Origin: Thalia democratica
Lineage: Eukaryota
Direction: 5' to 3'
DNA: 64,000 nt
Assembly (NCBI GenBank): GCA_965202585.1
Contig: CBDBBG010000262.1
Span: 1 to 64,000, forward strand
In this document: one piece after another, positions 29,601 to 38,421 of the stretch
How the letters are laid out: every line of letters starts with the position of its first letter
How positions within the stretch are numbered: the stretch's first letter is position 1
Notes under the pieces: model-generated
What the model saw: only the letters and a program-made list of their open reading frames with translations
Told to the model about the DNA's origin: nothing
Databases searched by the model: none
Made by a program: the position numbers and the translations under genes

Positions 29601-32600
29601 TTAAGGTTCAGTGCTAAGCTTTGTGTGCACAAAACTATTACGAAGTTAAAAAATTGAGTTATGTTTAAATAGTTTGTTAGTAATTAGATTTAGATAGCCG
29701 TATCATGCAAGCATTCATTAACTTTTGAATTCATTAATTACACCTAACAGCAAATTAAGATTTGAAAAAATACTAAAACTTCAAGTTTCGTAAAAGTTTT
29801 AAAACTTAAACTTTAAAAGCATATAAAGTACATTGTTAAGAACATACACCATGCTTTCAACAAAAACAAAACTTTAAAATGTGTACTGTTTTCCGAACAA
29901 GCTGCCCATTGCAAGTTCAAAGAAAATCAACCTATATACTCTTGCATGACGATAAAATTAAAATCTGTTTACACATGTTTTATGACGTCACATCGAACCG
30001 ATCACAGTCATATTGTGACGTCACATCAAATGACAGTTACATTTGACGTCACACTCACGTTGCGAAGACATTTCAGGAAGCTCGATCTGATTTTCAACGA
30101 GGAAATTTGTCAGGTTTAAATTAAGCTCGTCTATTTGATCCTCTTCTAATTGTTCTTCCGCAGTGTTTTTCAATTCTTCTTCTTTTATAAAAAAATAAAA
30201 AACTACAACTACATTTCTACAAAACTACGTAAATTATACCAACGCTAAAACTACATTTCTTTAAACACTAGTACTACATAAAACTACAACTACTTTATAA
30301 TTTTTTATATTTAAACTAAAATTATTGTTTCAAACTAATCTATTAAGCCTTTTTTTTTAATGTGCATCGTAAAAGCCTAGAAATCTAAAAATTTATTCAA
30401 AGCTGTTGTGTTAAAAAAAATAATGATTAAAATTAAATTTTAAGCTTATACAAACTATACAAATATGTTAAAAACTAAATCATTTGAAGAAAATTACATA
30501 ATTTTCAATCAAAGTACTTAAACCTCCATAAACTCTTCCACAAACTAACTGATGAATCTGGCACCAATTTGTGCTCTTGTGGTTCCCTTGGGGTCCATCA
30601 TAGGTCCTGGGAGGTTTATCGTCGCTGCTGGAGTGCCGTCTTCACCTACTCCGTCAACGAACACCGACAACTTCGTCTCGCAAACCTGAGTTGAAAATAT
30701 TCTTCATCAGAAAAATATTAATGAATATACTTCCTCTATAATAAAAGTTAAGCCCGCGAACACTGACATTTTCACTACGAATAGTTGTATAAAAATAATG
30801 TTACAATAATAGCTATTCAGTAAGTTTTTTACTAACTTTGACCACACATATTTCGATTACAAAAAAGGTTTTATAGCTGAAAACTAGTTTAATTTTTGGT
30901 CTCTTTAATCAAAACATGCGTTTGAGTTTAGTGCATCTTGTATTAACGTTAATCTTTATACGGTTTAAACTGCTATAATCTTTATAATTAATGAAACATT
31001 TATTATATTGCCGTTACCGTTAACAAGACTGAAAACTTAGTCTGAACAATGAAGATGTGAAGATGGTAAAAAAGGGCTTAGAGACTGTATATAAAAACAA
31101 TTCATAAAAGATATAGTTTTTATTGCAGCTAGTCTGTCAAGTTTATAACACCTCAAAGTTAACTGAAACAATGAAAAATCAAATGAAGCTAACTTGCTGT
31201 CTAAAAAATGATCATTTCTGTATAAGCCACCTGCACAGCTATTGAAAGTGTAGCTTTCAAGTTAAAACTCTTTTTTTTCTACTAATTGTTAACAACCTGC
31301 ACGGCCAAGTGCTGCCAAACACCGGATTGAAGGGGAATCCCGGTGACCTTCCGCACCGGCCGCCCGTTGAACCCCAGGTACTCGATGACGAAAGTTCGCT
31401 GACCGACCATGATGGTCAGCACGAACACCGGCTTGCGACCCAAGAACACTTTTTGCAGGATCGTGCTGCGAAACATTAAAAACTATAAAACTTAATAGTA
31501 TGTAAGCAAATGTGGATAATTTATCAAAAAAAAAAACCTAGTTCTGTTAGAAATATATACGAATTAAGTATATTTTGGTCAACAAGGGTTGTCAATAATT
31601 TTTGAAGATCATTTTGAGCTGAAAATTTTTTAACTTTTTCTTTTTGATATATCTTAATCAACAGTATTTTCTAACTAACTAAAAAAAACATAATAAATTT
31701 TTTAAAAATAGCAGTTATAAAGTTATTTAATTCTAAGTTTTTTACGTTAATATTATAAGAAAGACAAAGCATCTACAACCGAATTTATAAAAAATAATTA
31801 TAAAAACTGTTATGAAAACGATGTTAAACTAATTAGTTAGTAAATGTTATCTTTTAGCTAAAATTTAATCGTATTTTATAACTTAAAGCCGTAAAATGTA
31901 AAGCCGAATACATAAAAAAACTCAGTAATCAAACAAAACTTTCCCTTACCCGAAATTGTTCTTTGCCTGGTTGATCCAAAGCGTCATGGTGAATGATTTC
32001 TGGAGTGCTTTCACCTGCGTTAAAACACAATAAAAATAAATAGATAAAAATTAGATAAAGGTGTACAACGGTTTCAATAACTTTAACTTCGCAAACTTGA
32101 TTGGTGAATGAAATAAAGTCAAATTGAACATAGTTAGGAATAAAACTTTTTATGCTTTTGAATATCTTGAATGCACAAACCTGTATTACAACATAACAAA
32201 ACCAAAATTTCAACACTCTGCATACCTGTGGATCGTTGGAAGTTTGCGACACGCAGGTCAAGCTCCTCCTTCCCACTTTCTGCCTGAACTTGAAAGCGGG
32301 TTCCGTTTTGATCTTCCTGTCGACGTAGGTCGGTTCCACGCACATGCCAGTGGCAGCCGACAGCAGCTTCACGAACCTGCGCGAGTGAGAATTATTTTAG
32401 TAATCGCTTTGAAGTGAAGGTAATGTTTATTTCCACGAGCCTTTGACAGTGGTAGCGGTGAACGGCTCAACAAATTCGATTTTAGAAAGTAAACATCGTT
32501 CATTTTTAACCAGTTCAACTCAACAAGCATTTTTGTGTGTTTTTAAGGTAGCGTTTATTGCCAAAAACACTACAACCTCATAAAATGAGAAAAAAAACTA

Positions 32601-33996
32601 CAAACTCGAAAGACTAAATAGAAAAAAAAAAATCCTTTGAAATGATGCAATAAAATTGTTGTTTAAATGTCGACTGTAGTAGTAAATACAAAAAAAAAAC
32701 ATCAACAATTTAATGGTGTTTAATTTTATATCTTAGAAAAAACAAGTTAAAAAAAAATTAGCGATAAAACATAGTATTTAACTTCTTTTTATTTACCTTA
32801 ATCTTATATATAAGGGTTTAAAAAAGTAGATTGTAGTTTAAAAAATGTACATAAAAAAAAGCAATATATATAAACCAAACTCTGGTTAAAGGTTTAAGAT
32901 TTTTGTCTTGCAAAAAATTTTTTTTTTAATGAAAAATTATAAAATTATATTTAACAAAAACTCGGGTTGGAATGACAAATTCTCTGTTAGCAACATTCAA
33001 AAGAATTTAAACACGAACTCAGGTTGAAATGTTTCGGATTTTTGTCTTTTAGGGCAGTTTTGATCGCAAATTCTCTGCTCGCACACCGTCTTGTCCATGT
33101 AGTCTTCTTTCTTATCTGGTGGGTGACAAAACTCCGACCTTCTGATGACACCGCAAGTGTCTGTAAATTGTTGTTTGTTGTTAGATGATTTAAACGTTTT
33201 TGTCATCAGTGGTCGATAGCTATTAAGAAATCGTAAATGGGTAAGTAACAGTAAAACTATAAAAAAGAGCATTTATAAAAACATGCCAAAAAGGGGGTTG
33301 TTATGAAAATAAGTTTTTAAAAGCCTAAAATAAATAGATTGGGTGCAAGTTTACTAAGTCTCTTCGAACATAAGGTGCTAAAAAATTTTACAGAATTTTT
33401 TTCTGTTAATTTGAAAAATATATATATAACTTGTTGAAGATGCCTGCTACAGTGGCTTAACTAACCTGTTAGGTTGTCAGCTTGATAAGATTTAGTAGAA
33501 AAAAACAACTATAATAGTTATACTAAAAAGACTATAATATAGTGGTTTGCTTTAATTTAAAAAAATTTAAGTAGGTTAGGCGAGAGTTTAATCAATTTAG
33601 TTAAAAATTATTTTGTAAAATAATTTAAGTGAAATTTTTTTGTTGGCAGATTAAATTGAAAATATTTACAAATGAAAAAAACTGTTTGATAGCAAAATGC
33701 TGATAAACTAATAAGAGTTAGGAATATATTGTCTCGAGATTTTATTACATACTACTATACTGCTCGTATAAAACTTATTAACCAACTAGAAATATTGACA
33801 GCTTTTCGAGGTTTGTTAGATGCTACTCATAAATGTAATAAACAAAACAAAAAACAATTACAAAACTCAACAACAAACCGAGGTCTTTTATTTCGACGGG
33901 TTTGTTTCTACCCACGTCGATTACTGGCGGCCTAGACAGTTTACCGTGGACCACCACAACCATCCACAAAAACAAAAATGCTAGTTTGTATCGCAT
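2608..33996 (-). CDS. USH2A: Usherin orthologue, 5' portion: 49 coding exons, 2,779 codons, continues off the left edge
   Basis: Exons join in consistent phase with GT-AG ends. Domain order matches human usherin. Diagnostic peptides include FCIQNGVSDTTEDRVSRLNEKAHPKEFINDGD (human YCIPNDAGDTADNRVSRLNPEAHPLSFVNDND), LYNDKPFR, GGGGVCDDC, RLCNSVGCVTS and TARNNAPG. No stop codon is reached. Confidence 0.95.
4131..4325 (-). CDS. USH2A: usherin exon 48 (FN3)
   Basis: YVTWSPPASPNGIVTSYKLWLD...MKPFTTYTF. Confidence 0.9.
4574..4679 (-). CDS. USH2A: usherin exon 47 (FN3)
   Basis: LLPYREYEFQLLASNNYGTNPSKW. Confidence 0.9.
4945..5071 (-). CDS. USH2A: usherin exon 46 (FN3)
   Basis: DTARNNAPGESVFQLIYR (human TPARNNAPGSPRYQLQMR). 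Confidence 0.9.
5570..5704 (-). CDS. USH2A: usherin exon 45 (FN3)
   Basis: VKAYNTAGH...SMPPGKPEGIPAPKL. Confidence 0.9.
6068..6211 (-). CDS. USH2A: usherin exon 44 (FN3)
   Basis: VICQGLFFAENV...IEGLMPFTDYIVK. Confidence 0.9.
6525..6711 (-). CDS. USH2A: usherin exon 43 (FN3)
   Basis: HEFRLKVCTTIGCS...RTLESAPEGEV. Confidence 0.9.
6713..7610. repeat. Intronic tandem duplication, two ~440 bp units (6713-7150, 7155-7610)
   Basis: Collinear blocks such as gtgttagatatttaca, gcacaaacatttaaaacaaact, ttgaacctgatttggtc and aaattaaacaaacaa occur in both units. Confidence 0.85.
7665..7792 (-). CDS. USH2A: usherin exon 42 (FN3)
   Basis: VSWSEPEMPNGKITLYTLY. Confidence 0.9.
8168..8385 (-). CDS. USH2A: usherin exon 41 (FN3)
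   Basis: LTAGTLYYVTLSACTYGGCTKS...ESIPEKVPAP. Confidence 0.9.
8736..8906 (-). CDS. USH2A: usherin exon 40 (FN3)
   Basis: SGQLPPNYVDQ...LRWLEPSVLNGVFKKYEI. Confidence 0.9.
9290..9446 (-). CDS. USH2A: usherin exon 39 (FN3)
   Basis: WKSPLHPNGVILNYTLYLNG...FKLEACTIA. Confidence 0.9.
9933..10183 (-). CDS. USH2A: usherin exon 38 (FN3)
   Basis: LTPDQEYLMTLRACTEENC...TPSEAPDDV. Confidence 0.9.
10472..10661 (-). CDS. USH2A: usherin exon 37 (FN3)
   Basis: VSSSNGGG...GVSWKDPVQSNGVV. Confidence 0.9.
11008..11408 (-). CDS. USH2A: usherin exon 36 (end of LamG2, start of FN3)
   Basis: DLYLGGYP...SFGGCMRMFRF...VDLDGC. Confidence 0.9.
11629..11789 (-). CDS. USH2A: usherin exon 35 (LamG2)
   Basis: IRICDKIWHHLTIENSQGVLRMELD; phase 2 to 1 fits both neighbours. 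Confidence 0.85.
12290..12622 (-). CDS. USH2A: usherin exon 34 (LamG1/LamG2)
   Basis: LVGCLKRF...WHGCPKNLNSDAVHFLGRGFLE...EFRTD. Confidence 0.92.
12883..13077 (-). CDS. USH2A: usherin exon 33 (LamG1)
   Basis: VIGANVGVYLGGIPDDF. Confidence 0.9.
13336..13485 (-). CDS. USH2A: usherin exon 32 (LamG1); alternative in-frame acceptor gives start 13479
   Basis: EYLVLQLRDGRPWFLFDTQ...KYNDGKWHKI. Confidence 0.88.
13834..14140 (-). CDS. USH2A: usherin exon 31 (FN3 to LamG1)
   Basis: KWDDPMKINGPLP...GVRFPGKSY...FKTLREDGLIFFTASP. Confidence 0.92.
14390..14534 (-). CDS. USH2A: usherin exon 30 (FN3)
   Basis: GFKPYTEYEFKMRLCNSVGCVTS. Confidence 0.92.
14842..15017 (-). CDS. USH2A: usherin exon 29 (FN3)
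   Basis: EPVFMPPPQLDPISSTDVNISWE. Confidence 0.9.
15344..15610 (-). CDS. USH2A: usherin exon 28 (FN3)
   Basis: GIIIQYELMMR...PPQTNFTVEDLVPFTEYEF. Confidence 0.92.
15967..16231 (-). CDS. USH2A: usherin exon 27 (FN3)
   Basis: FTNYTFVLRACTSGGC...LYVEWEPPERANG. Confidence 0.92.
16556..16799 (-). CDS. USH2A: usherin exon 26 (FN3)
   Basis: FNDTHLLPYTQYTYLLETSN...GPIETYVLQ. Confidence 0.92.
19982..20103 (-). CDS. USH2A: usherin exon 25 (first FN3)
   Basis: ELMWLPPDLPNGDQLSYKLMRD. Confidence 0.9.
20519..20649 (-). CDS. USH2A: usherin exon 24 (end of laminin-EGF 10)
   Basis: CECKGNVVGRKCSKC...SNPLGCYSHPQQQPAP. Confidence 0.9.
21020..21148 (-). CDS. USH2A: usherin exon 23 (laminin-EGF 9/10)
   Basis: VTGRRCDECKPSFF...CEKCECNEAG. 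Confidence 0.9.
21149..21640 (-). repeat. Array of at least 5 decayed copies of the usherin exon 23 acceptor and 5' end
   Basis: Variants of AACAG/GAGTAACAGGTAGGAGATGTGATGAGTGCAAA with AG at about 21248, 21345, 21401, 21529 and 21613. Confidence 0.8.
21960..22088 (-). CDS. USH2A: usherin exon 22 (laminin-EGF 8/9)
   Basis: GFYLPPKNESGCLTCDCHEAG...CDPVSGQCPC. Confidence 0.9.
22264..22377 (-). CDS. USH2A: usherin exon 21 (laminin-EGF 8)
   Basis: CDSNKGQCACLPSREGRRCDMC. Confidence 0.9.
22474..22660 (-). CDS. USH2A: usherin exon 20 (laminin-EGF 7/8)
   Basis: GCEPCGCDKRGS...GQCTCKHHVTGRTCNLC. Confidence 0.92.
22876..23081 (-). CDS. USH2A: usherin exon 19 (laminin-EGF 5/6)
   Basis: [27 protein letters not shown]. 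Confidence 0.92.
23372..23561 (-). CDS. USH2A: usherin exon 18 (laminin-EGF 4/5)
   Basis: SGQCLCKLNV...CDECKPGF...CLCDITGS. Confidence 0.92.
24802..24960 (-). CDS. USH2A: usherin exon 17 (laminin-EGF 3/4)
   Basis: IDGQCDCKPKVQSRRCNQCIDGYFNL. Confidence 0.92.
25230..25360 (-). CDS. USH2A: usherin exon 16 (laminin-EGF 2/3)
   Basis: GRFCERCKKNFYR...VCKKCLC. Confidence 0.9.
25946..26141 (-). CDS. USH2A: usherin exon 15 (laminin-EGF 1/2)
   Basis: CERCQPLYNDKPFR...GGGGVCDDCKHQTT. Confidence 0.93.
26641..26734 (-). CDS. USH2A: usherin exon 14 (laminin-EGF 1)
   Basis: CFCNGHAKSCD...PYQCGC...FTEG. Confidence 0.92.
27114..27211 (-). CDS. USH2A: usherin exon 13 (end of laminin N-terminal domain)
   Basis: HKYYAVKEVKIMGR (human HRYYAVDEITISGR). 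Confidence 0.9.
27522..27651 (-). CDS. USH2A: usherin exon 12 (laminin N-terminal)
   Basis: VTFSMLPAEPNGRPG; phase 2 acceptor AACAG at 27652. Confidence 0.88.
27903..28090 (-). CDS. USH2A: usherin exon 11 (laminin N-terminal)
   Basis: IYHVSVEFYNALP...WQEFSLDC. Confidence 0.88.
28390..28573 (-). CDS. USH2A: usherin exon 10 (laminin N-terminal)
   Basis: FCIQNG...DRVSRLNEKAHP...IDLHNGEYE. Confidence 0.93.
28853..29033 (-). CDS. USH2A: usherin exon 9
   Basis: QFLGMIQQVRWYKEALTNREI...SHCLCP...PRVHP. Confidence 0.92.
29315..29446 (-). CDS. USH2A: usherin exon 8 (putative lineage-specific insert, phase 1-1)
   Basis: 132 nt open frame EKKSKEASQTNLQF...GVNPLPGQ with TTGTAG acceptor and GTAGAA donor; no human counterpart recalled. 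Confidence 0.6.
30059..30181 (-). CDS. USH2A: usherin exon 7 (putative lineage-specific acidic insert, phase 1-1)
   Basis: 123 nt open frame EELKNTAEEQLEEDQIDELNL...EMSSQ with strong donor GTGAGT. Confidence 0.65.
30550..30685 (-). CDS. USH2A: usherin exon 6 (LamG-like N-terminal domain)
   Basis: VCETKLSVFVDGV...AQIGA (human VHQTKISFFINGV...VQIGQ). Confidence 0.9.
31297..31465 (-). CDS. USH2A: usherin exon 5
   Basis: TILQKVF...VWQHLAVQ. Confidence 0.88.
31950..32014 (-). CDS. USH2A: usherin exon 4
   Basis: KSFTMTLWIN (human ASFTLAVWLK). Confidence 0.85.
32226..32376 (-). CDS. USH2A: usherin exon 3
   Basis: FVKLLSAATGMCVEP; phases fit both neighbours. Confidence 0.82.
33019..33160 (-). CDS. 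USH2A: usherin exon 2
   Basis: TCGVIRRSEFCH...CEQRICDQNCP (human VCGLPDRSTFCH...CTQRFCIQDCP). Confidence 0.9.
33879..33996 (-). CDS. USH2A: usherin exon 1 (start codon and signal peptide)
   Basis: MRYKLAFLFLWMVVVVHG-KLSRPP: basic N-terminus then hydrophobic core; phase 1 donor matches exon 2. Confidence 0.8.
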
Positions 33997-35086
33997 TTTC
34001 GTTCGAAATTTTTATTTAATCTTCAAAATTTAAACACTTTATTTTTTGGCTAATAAAATAAAAACTTATTTTTAAAACACTTTAAACTTTTTCAATATAC
34101 TTTCAGAACTGAATGTTTAAACTAAGTAGGTAAAAATAAAACAAGCTATCAAAATAAAATTATTGTTATTACAACAATAAGTAAATATCCATACGCTAAT
34201 TCATATAAGTTTTTAAATAAAAGCACAGAAAAGATTAAACATTGACTATTTTATATGCAGTTTTTAAAAACTAACAGTAAAACAGACTACAGCATTAAAT
34301 AAATAACTTTTGTATTTAAGACTTGAACATTATTATCAAGACAACGAGTTTTTTTTCTGCGAAAAGTAAAGAGGTTTTATCTAAATTTAAATTATTAACG
34401 AACATTGCAAGTTTAAGCTGAATTATTTATAAATATAATGAAAATAAAGACTTATACGTTCGTTCAAGTTAAATTGCATTATAAATTATTAATTAAGAAG
34501 GCGAAACTTTATTAAGTTTATAGCTAGTCTCGACATATTTTTTGTTAAGTCTAATATGTAATGTAATTTATTTTAAAAAAACAACTAAAATGTTATAGTT
34601 ATATGAAGAAATTATAATAAACAGAAAGCAACTTCTTACAAAGTTTATAAAAGTAAGTTTATCTGAAAACTATTTCTGTAAAACAGTTATCGTGGATAAA
34701 AAAAAAACATTAAAACAAAGTTTTCGAAATCAAACACATGCATAATATAGCAATGCAATAAAAACAAAATGCTTACATAACTAGTTTAAATGTTGATCTC
34801 AATTAAAACGAAGTTTAGAATATTCAAAGTTGCTAAAAAGTAAATCTAACAAAAAATACATGATCTATTGTGTATGTCGACATTTGATTTATCTAAAAGA
34901 TTTTAATCTGATATAACAAAAAAAAAGTTTGAAACTTTATATTATAAACAAAAGTTCACATTGTGATGGAACTCAAAAATAATTACAACAAACAAATATT
35001 TTTAGCGGAAAAACAATGCTGGAAATTTCGATACAAAAACTCGAGTGGCACTTTAAACTAAATCAAGTGATCAGCTTACAATTAAA

Positions 35087-36100
35087 CACAATAAAATTAT
35101 GGCTATTTAAAAAAAATGAGATTAAAAAAATTAAGAACAAAAATTTTGTCAATTGACTTTGGAATTTTTAGGTTGGGTTTTTGTTTGGTGCTTAATTAAA
35201 AAGAACAAAATTGCTTGTATATATACACAAATCGCGTACATAAGCCCGGTTAAAAATTAATCTTTAATTAAATAAAAGAGTTTTTTTCTGGATAAAACTG
35301 ACTTAAAATCAATGCTTACTTATTTTTATATAAACAGACACAAAGTCAAATTTACACAAATTTAAAAAAAGTCAAATTAGTTACCAATGCGAGTTATGTA
35401 TACAACATAAGTCGCGTAGGTAACGAATCATTAGTTAAGTAAACCAGTTTATTGTGAATAAACATAAATTAAAACCAAAGATTTTTTTTATTTTTAAACA
35501 AACAGACAGAAACAAACTTTTCAAACTATATCAGTGAAAAATTTTTATAATTTGACTATTTTTTTTAATTTATCAAGCTATACAGGCTTGAACAAAATTA
35601 TTCGAACATGATTGGACTGTTATTATTTGACAACTTTATTTAAAAGTACAGCGAAATAAAATAAATACAGAAAAAAAAACCAAAAATATATAAGACAACT
35701 TAGTAAAAAGAAAAAAATTACTTGTTTGTAGGCTTAATTGTAAAGAAATTGACAAAAATAAATTATTTGTGTTGTATTGTAACAAACTATATGGTTGTTA
35801 GAAATATAAAAAAATTAAAAAGACTTGTAACAGCATTAATTGAAATATATGACAACAAAAACACTGTTATTTATTTATTCTTTGCTTTATCGTTAAAAGA
35901 CCAAGGTTTTATTAAAGTTTTAATCAAAAACTAAACTTTTCAAACTTGAGTTAATTGCATGGAAAAAAAATCAACAACAAATTGTTTTTGAAGTTTGTTC
36001 CTTCCATTGTAAGCATTACATAGCACAGATAGAAATATAGTCGAGAAAATAGTTATTGAAAAGTCTTCATATTTTAAATTTGGTAAAAAACTTCCCTTAG
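35087..36100 (+). mobile_element. Truncated 5' fragment of the Transib-like element (inverted copy of 55830-56918)
   Basis: Collinear reverse-complement match, roughly 90-95% by eye; homology starts at CACAATAAAATTATG in both copies and stops inside the transposase ORF. Confidence 0.85.
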
Positions 36101-37634
36101 CTTCCATTAGAATCAATTTTGCAGTGCAGCTTTTTGTCAAATTAAAGCTTTTACGCGCTAAATGTTACAATTTGGATGTATGTAATTCGTAGCTTTTTCG
36201 CACATAAGTATACGTTTCTGCAGATTTGCAGAAACTTACCAAGCCACGTCCCTGGTCTCAGTAATAACATAATGTTTTATGAATAACATGGCGTAACATT
36301 AAATTTAATAATTGTCAAGATAAAAAAAAGGAAAAATTACATTTAAATTAAAAGAAAATGTTATTGTTTGCCAATTTTAGTTTCATGCAAGTTATTAAAA
36401 ACTAACATATTTCTAGCCATCACTAAAAGTACAGTTTTTTTTTTCAAGCTGTTCGATTGGATAAAACGCTTAGGGATTAAAAATTAAGTTTAAAAAATCT
36501 TTGTAATTAAATCTAAATGAACTTTAGTACTGTTTATATCGTAAGTTTTAACTTTTTTACTACAACATATGATAAAATTTGAAATTTCTAAATGTTTTGT
36601 ATGTAGTTTTCGCACTGCAAATACAAAGCGAGCTATTCTAAATACAAAAGTCATATTATTAAATTTTGTTCCAAGCAGGGACGTAGCTAGCTAAATTTAA
36701 GTTAGCAACTTAATTTGACAAAAACTTCTTTATTTTTCTGATTATTTTTTATAAAACATAATTACTTTAATAATTATTTTATAAAAAATATATTTTTAAT
36801 TGAAATTATATCTCTTGATTTAATTTCTTTCCACGGACAAGACTTATTACCAATAAAATATTTCAGAACTTTTTTTTTTACTAAAGAACTGAATGAGTTT
36901 ACTATCTCTATTATACTATCAACTAACTGTGAATACTTAACTTTGAATGCACTTTCTTATAGCTTATTAGTTGAATCACAGCCTACTATAGTTGATATAT
37001 AAAAACTCAAGTCGTTTTGATCAAAAATTAATATCGTCTGTGACTTGGTTTGACTTTTAGCAACTTAAAGGTAGTTTTTGTTTTAATTTTATTTTAAAAA
37101 CTGTTTTTAATTTTAAACATTAAATCAATGTAGTCAGAGTAGACTATAAAAAGTATTTCTATCAAACAAATATAATTTTCAACAAAAGTGCAAAAAACAT
37201 AAGTATTATTTTTTTTTGTAAATAATTTTTTATATATTTACAAATATACACTATAAAACAAAGTTTGAATAAGATAAAACTAAACAATTATTATATTTGA
37301 AATTAATATTAGTGACAATAAGTTTGTATAAACTTTAAAAAGTCTTTTTTATTTTAAATTTAAGTCTTATTTTTTAATGAATGTTAGCAAAGGGTCAGGT
37401 ATGATCATACTTATATATTCTTAAAAACTTAAAAGCAGTATTTTTAGACAAGAAAAATTGAATAATTTTCACTAAGGCAAAATAGGAATTTTTTTCTATA
37501 AGATCTTTTAATTTTCTCTAATTTTTTTACACGTGTCAAAGTAATTACAATTTATTTTATTTAGGAGTAAAATTAGCCTATAATATATATTTTTGTGAAA
37601 AATTTGATTACATAAACTTAATTCTCTGAGGATA

Positions 37635-38390
37635 AATGGAGTTGTTTTTTCAAGTTTAAAAGCAAAACTAAAAATGCCAGAAAGAAATAGTTATGATTTT
37701 CAACCAAAAACTTTGTATAAAAATAGATATTGCAATCAAGATGATTTCAGTATTTTAGTTTGTGGAGGACAGAATTAAAGAAATATATTATTAAATAGTG
37801 TTTATAAACTGAATGGTCGTGAACTTAAATGTAAAAAAATTACTTCATTGCCAAAAGAATTGGAGGAGTGTAAAACTGCTGAATTAATTCATATTTGTAC
37901 ATTTATAGTGGATTTTCGCATCATAGTAAGTACGACGATACAATTAGAAAGTTTTGTGATAAAACTAAAACTTGGTCATCTAAAACGCAATTATATATAG
38001 AAAACTGTGATATTTATCTTACTTCTTTTCAAAACAATTTATATGTAATTTATGAAGCTGGTATATGCTTGGTTTACAATTACCCAAACAATGAATGGAC
38101 TAAAATAGGTAAAATGAGTAAAACTAGGTGTTCTGCATCTTGTACAACTTTTGAAGGTAAAATTGATATTATTGTAGGTAGACATTTACAGAATGTGTAT
38201 AAATCAGTTGAAGCATATGACTATCATGAAAACAAATGGGCATATTTACCTGATATGATCAAAAGTAGATATATTCATGCTTCAGTTAGCATGGGTAATA
38301 AGTTGTTTGCAGTCGGTGGATATTCTATTTAAAGTAGTGAAGTATTTGACAATTATTCGAGTAAATTTACTTTATTTGCAACCTAGTTAA
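37635..38390 (+). pseudogene. Kelch-repeat (KLHL-type) pseudogene fragment, copy 1
   Basis: NRYCNQDDFSILVCGG, TFEGKIDIIVG, VEAYDYHENKWAYLPDM, SVSMGNKLFAVGG; interrupted by stops and frameshifts. Confidence 0.85.
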
Positions 38391-38421
38391 TACACTATAG
38401 GGTTTTTATAAACATTTTTTG

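Noticed and set aside
29447-29632. 61-aa minus-strand ORF as part of usherin exon 8
   Set aside because: Wrong phase; its frame ends in TAG at the acceptor I use, and the exon 8 frame has a TAA just upstream
31929-32372. 147-aa ORF as one exon
   Set aside because: Reads through an intron; exon 4 is in a different frame (KSFTMTLWIN)
35722-36140. ORFs 35722-35934 and 35940-36140, and their counterparts 55777-55977 and 56064-56291, as genes
   Set aside because: Lie within the Transib-derived repeat, as antisense or untranslated-region frames
36214-36235. Perfect 9 bp hairpin gtttctgca-gatt-tgcagaaac as a Helitron end or terminator
   Set aside because: No CTRR terminus at the expected distance on either strand; isolated
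36244-36688. gccacgtccctg / cagggacgtagc as the TIRs of one element
   Set aside because: They face outward, so they cannot bound a single element; partners not found
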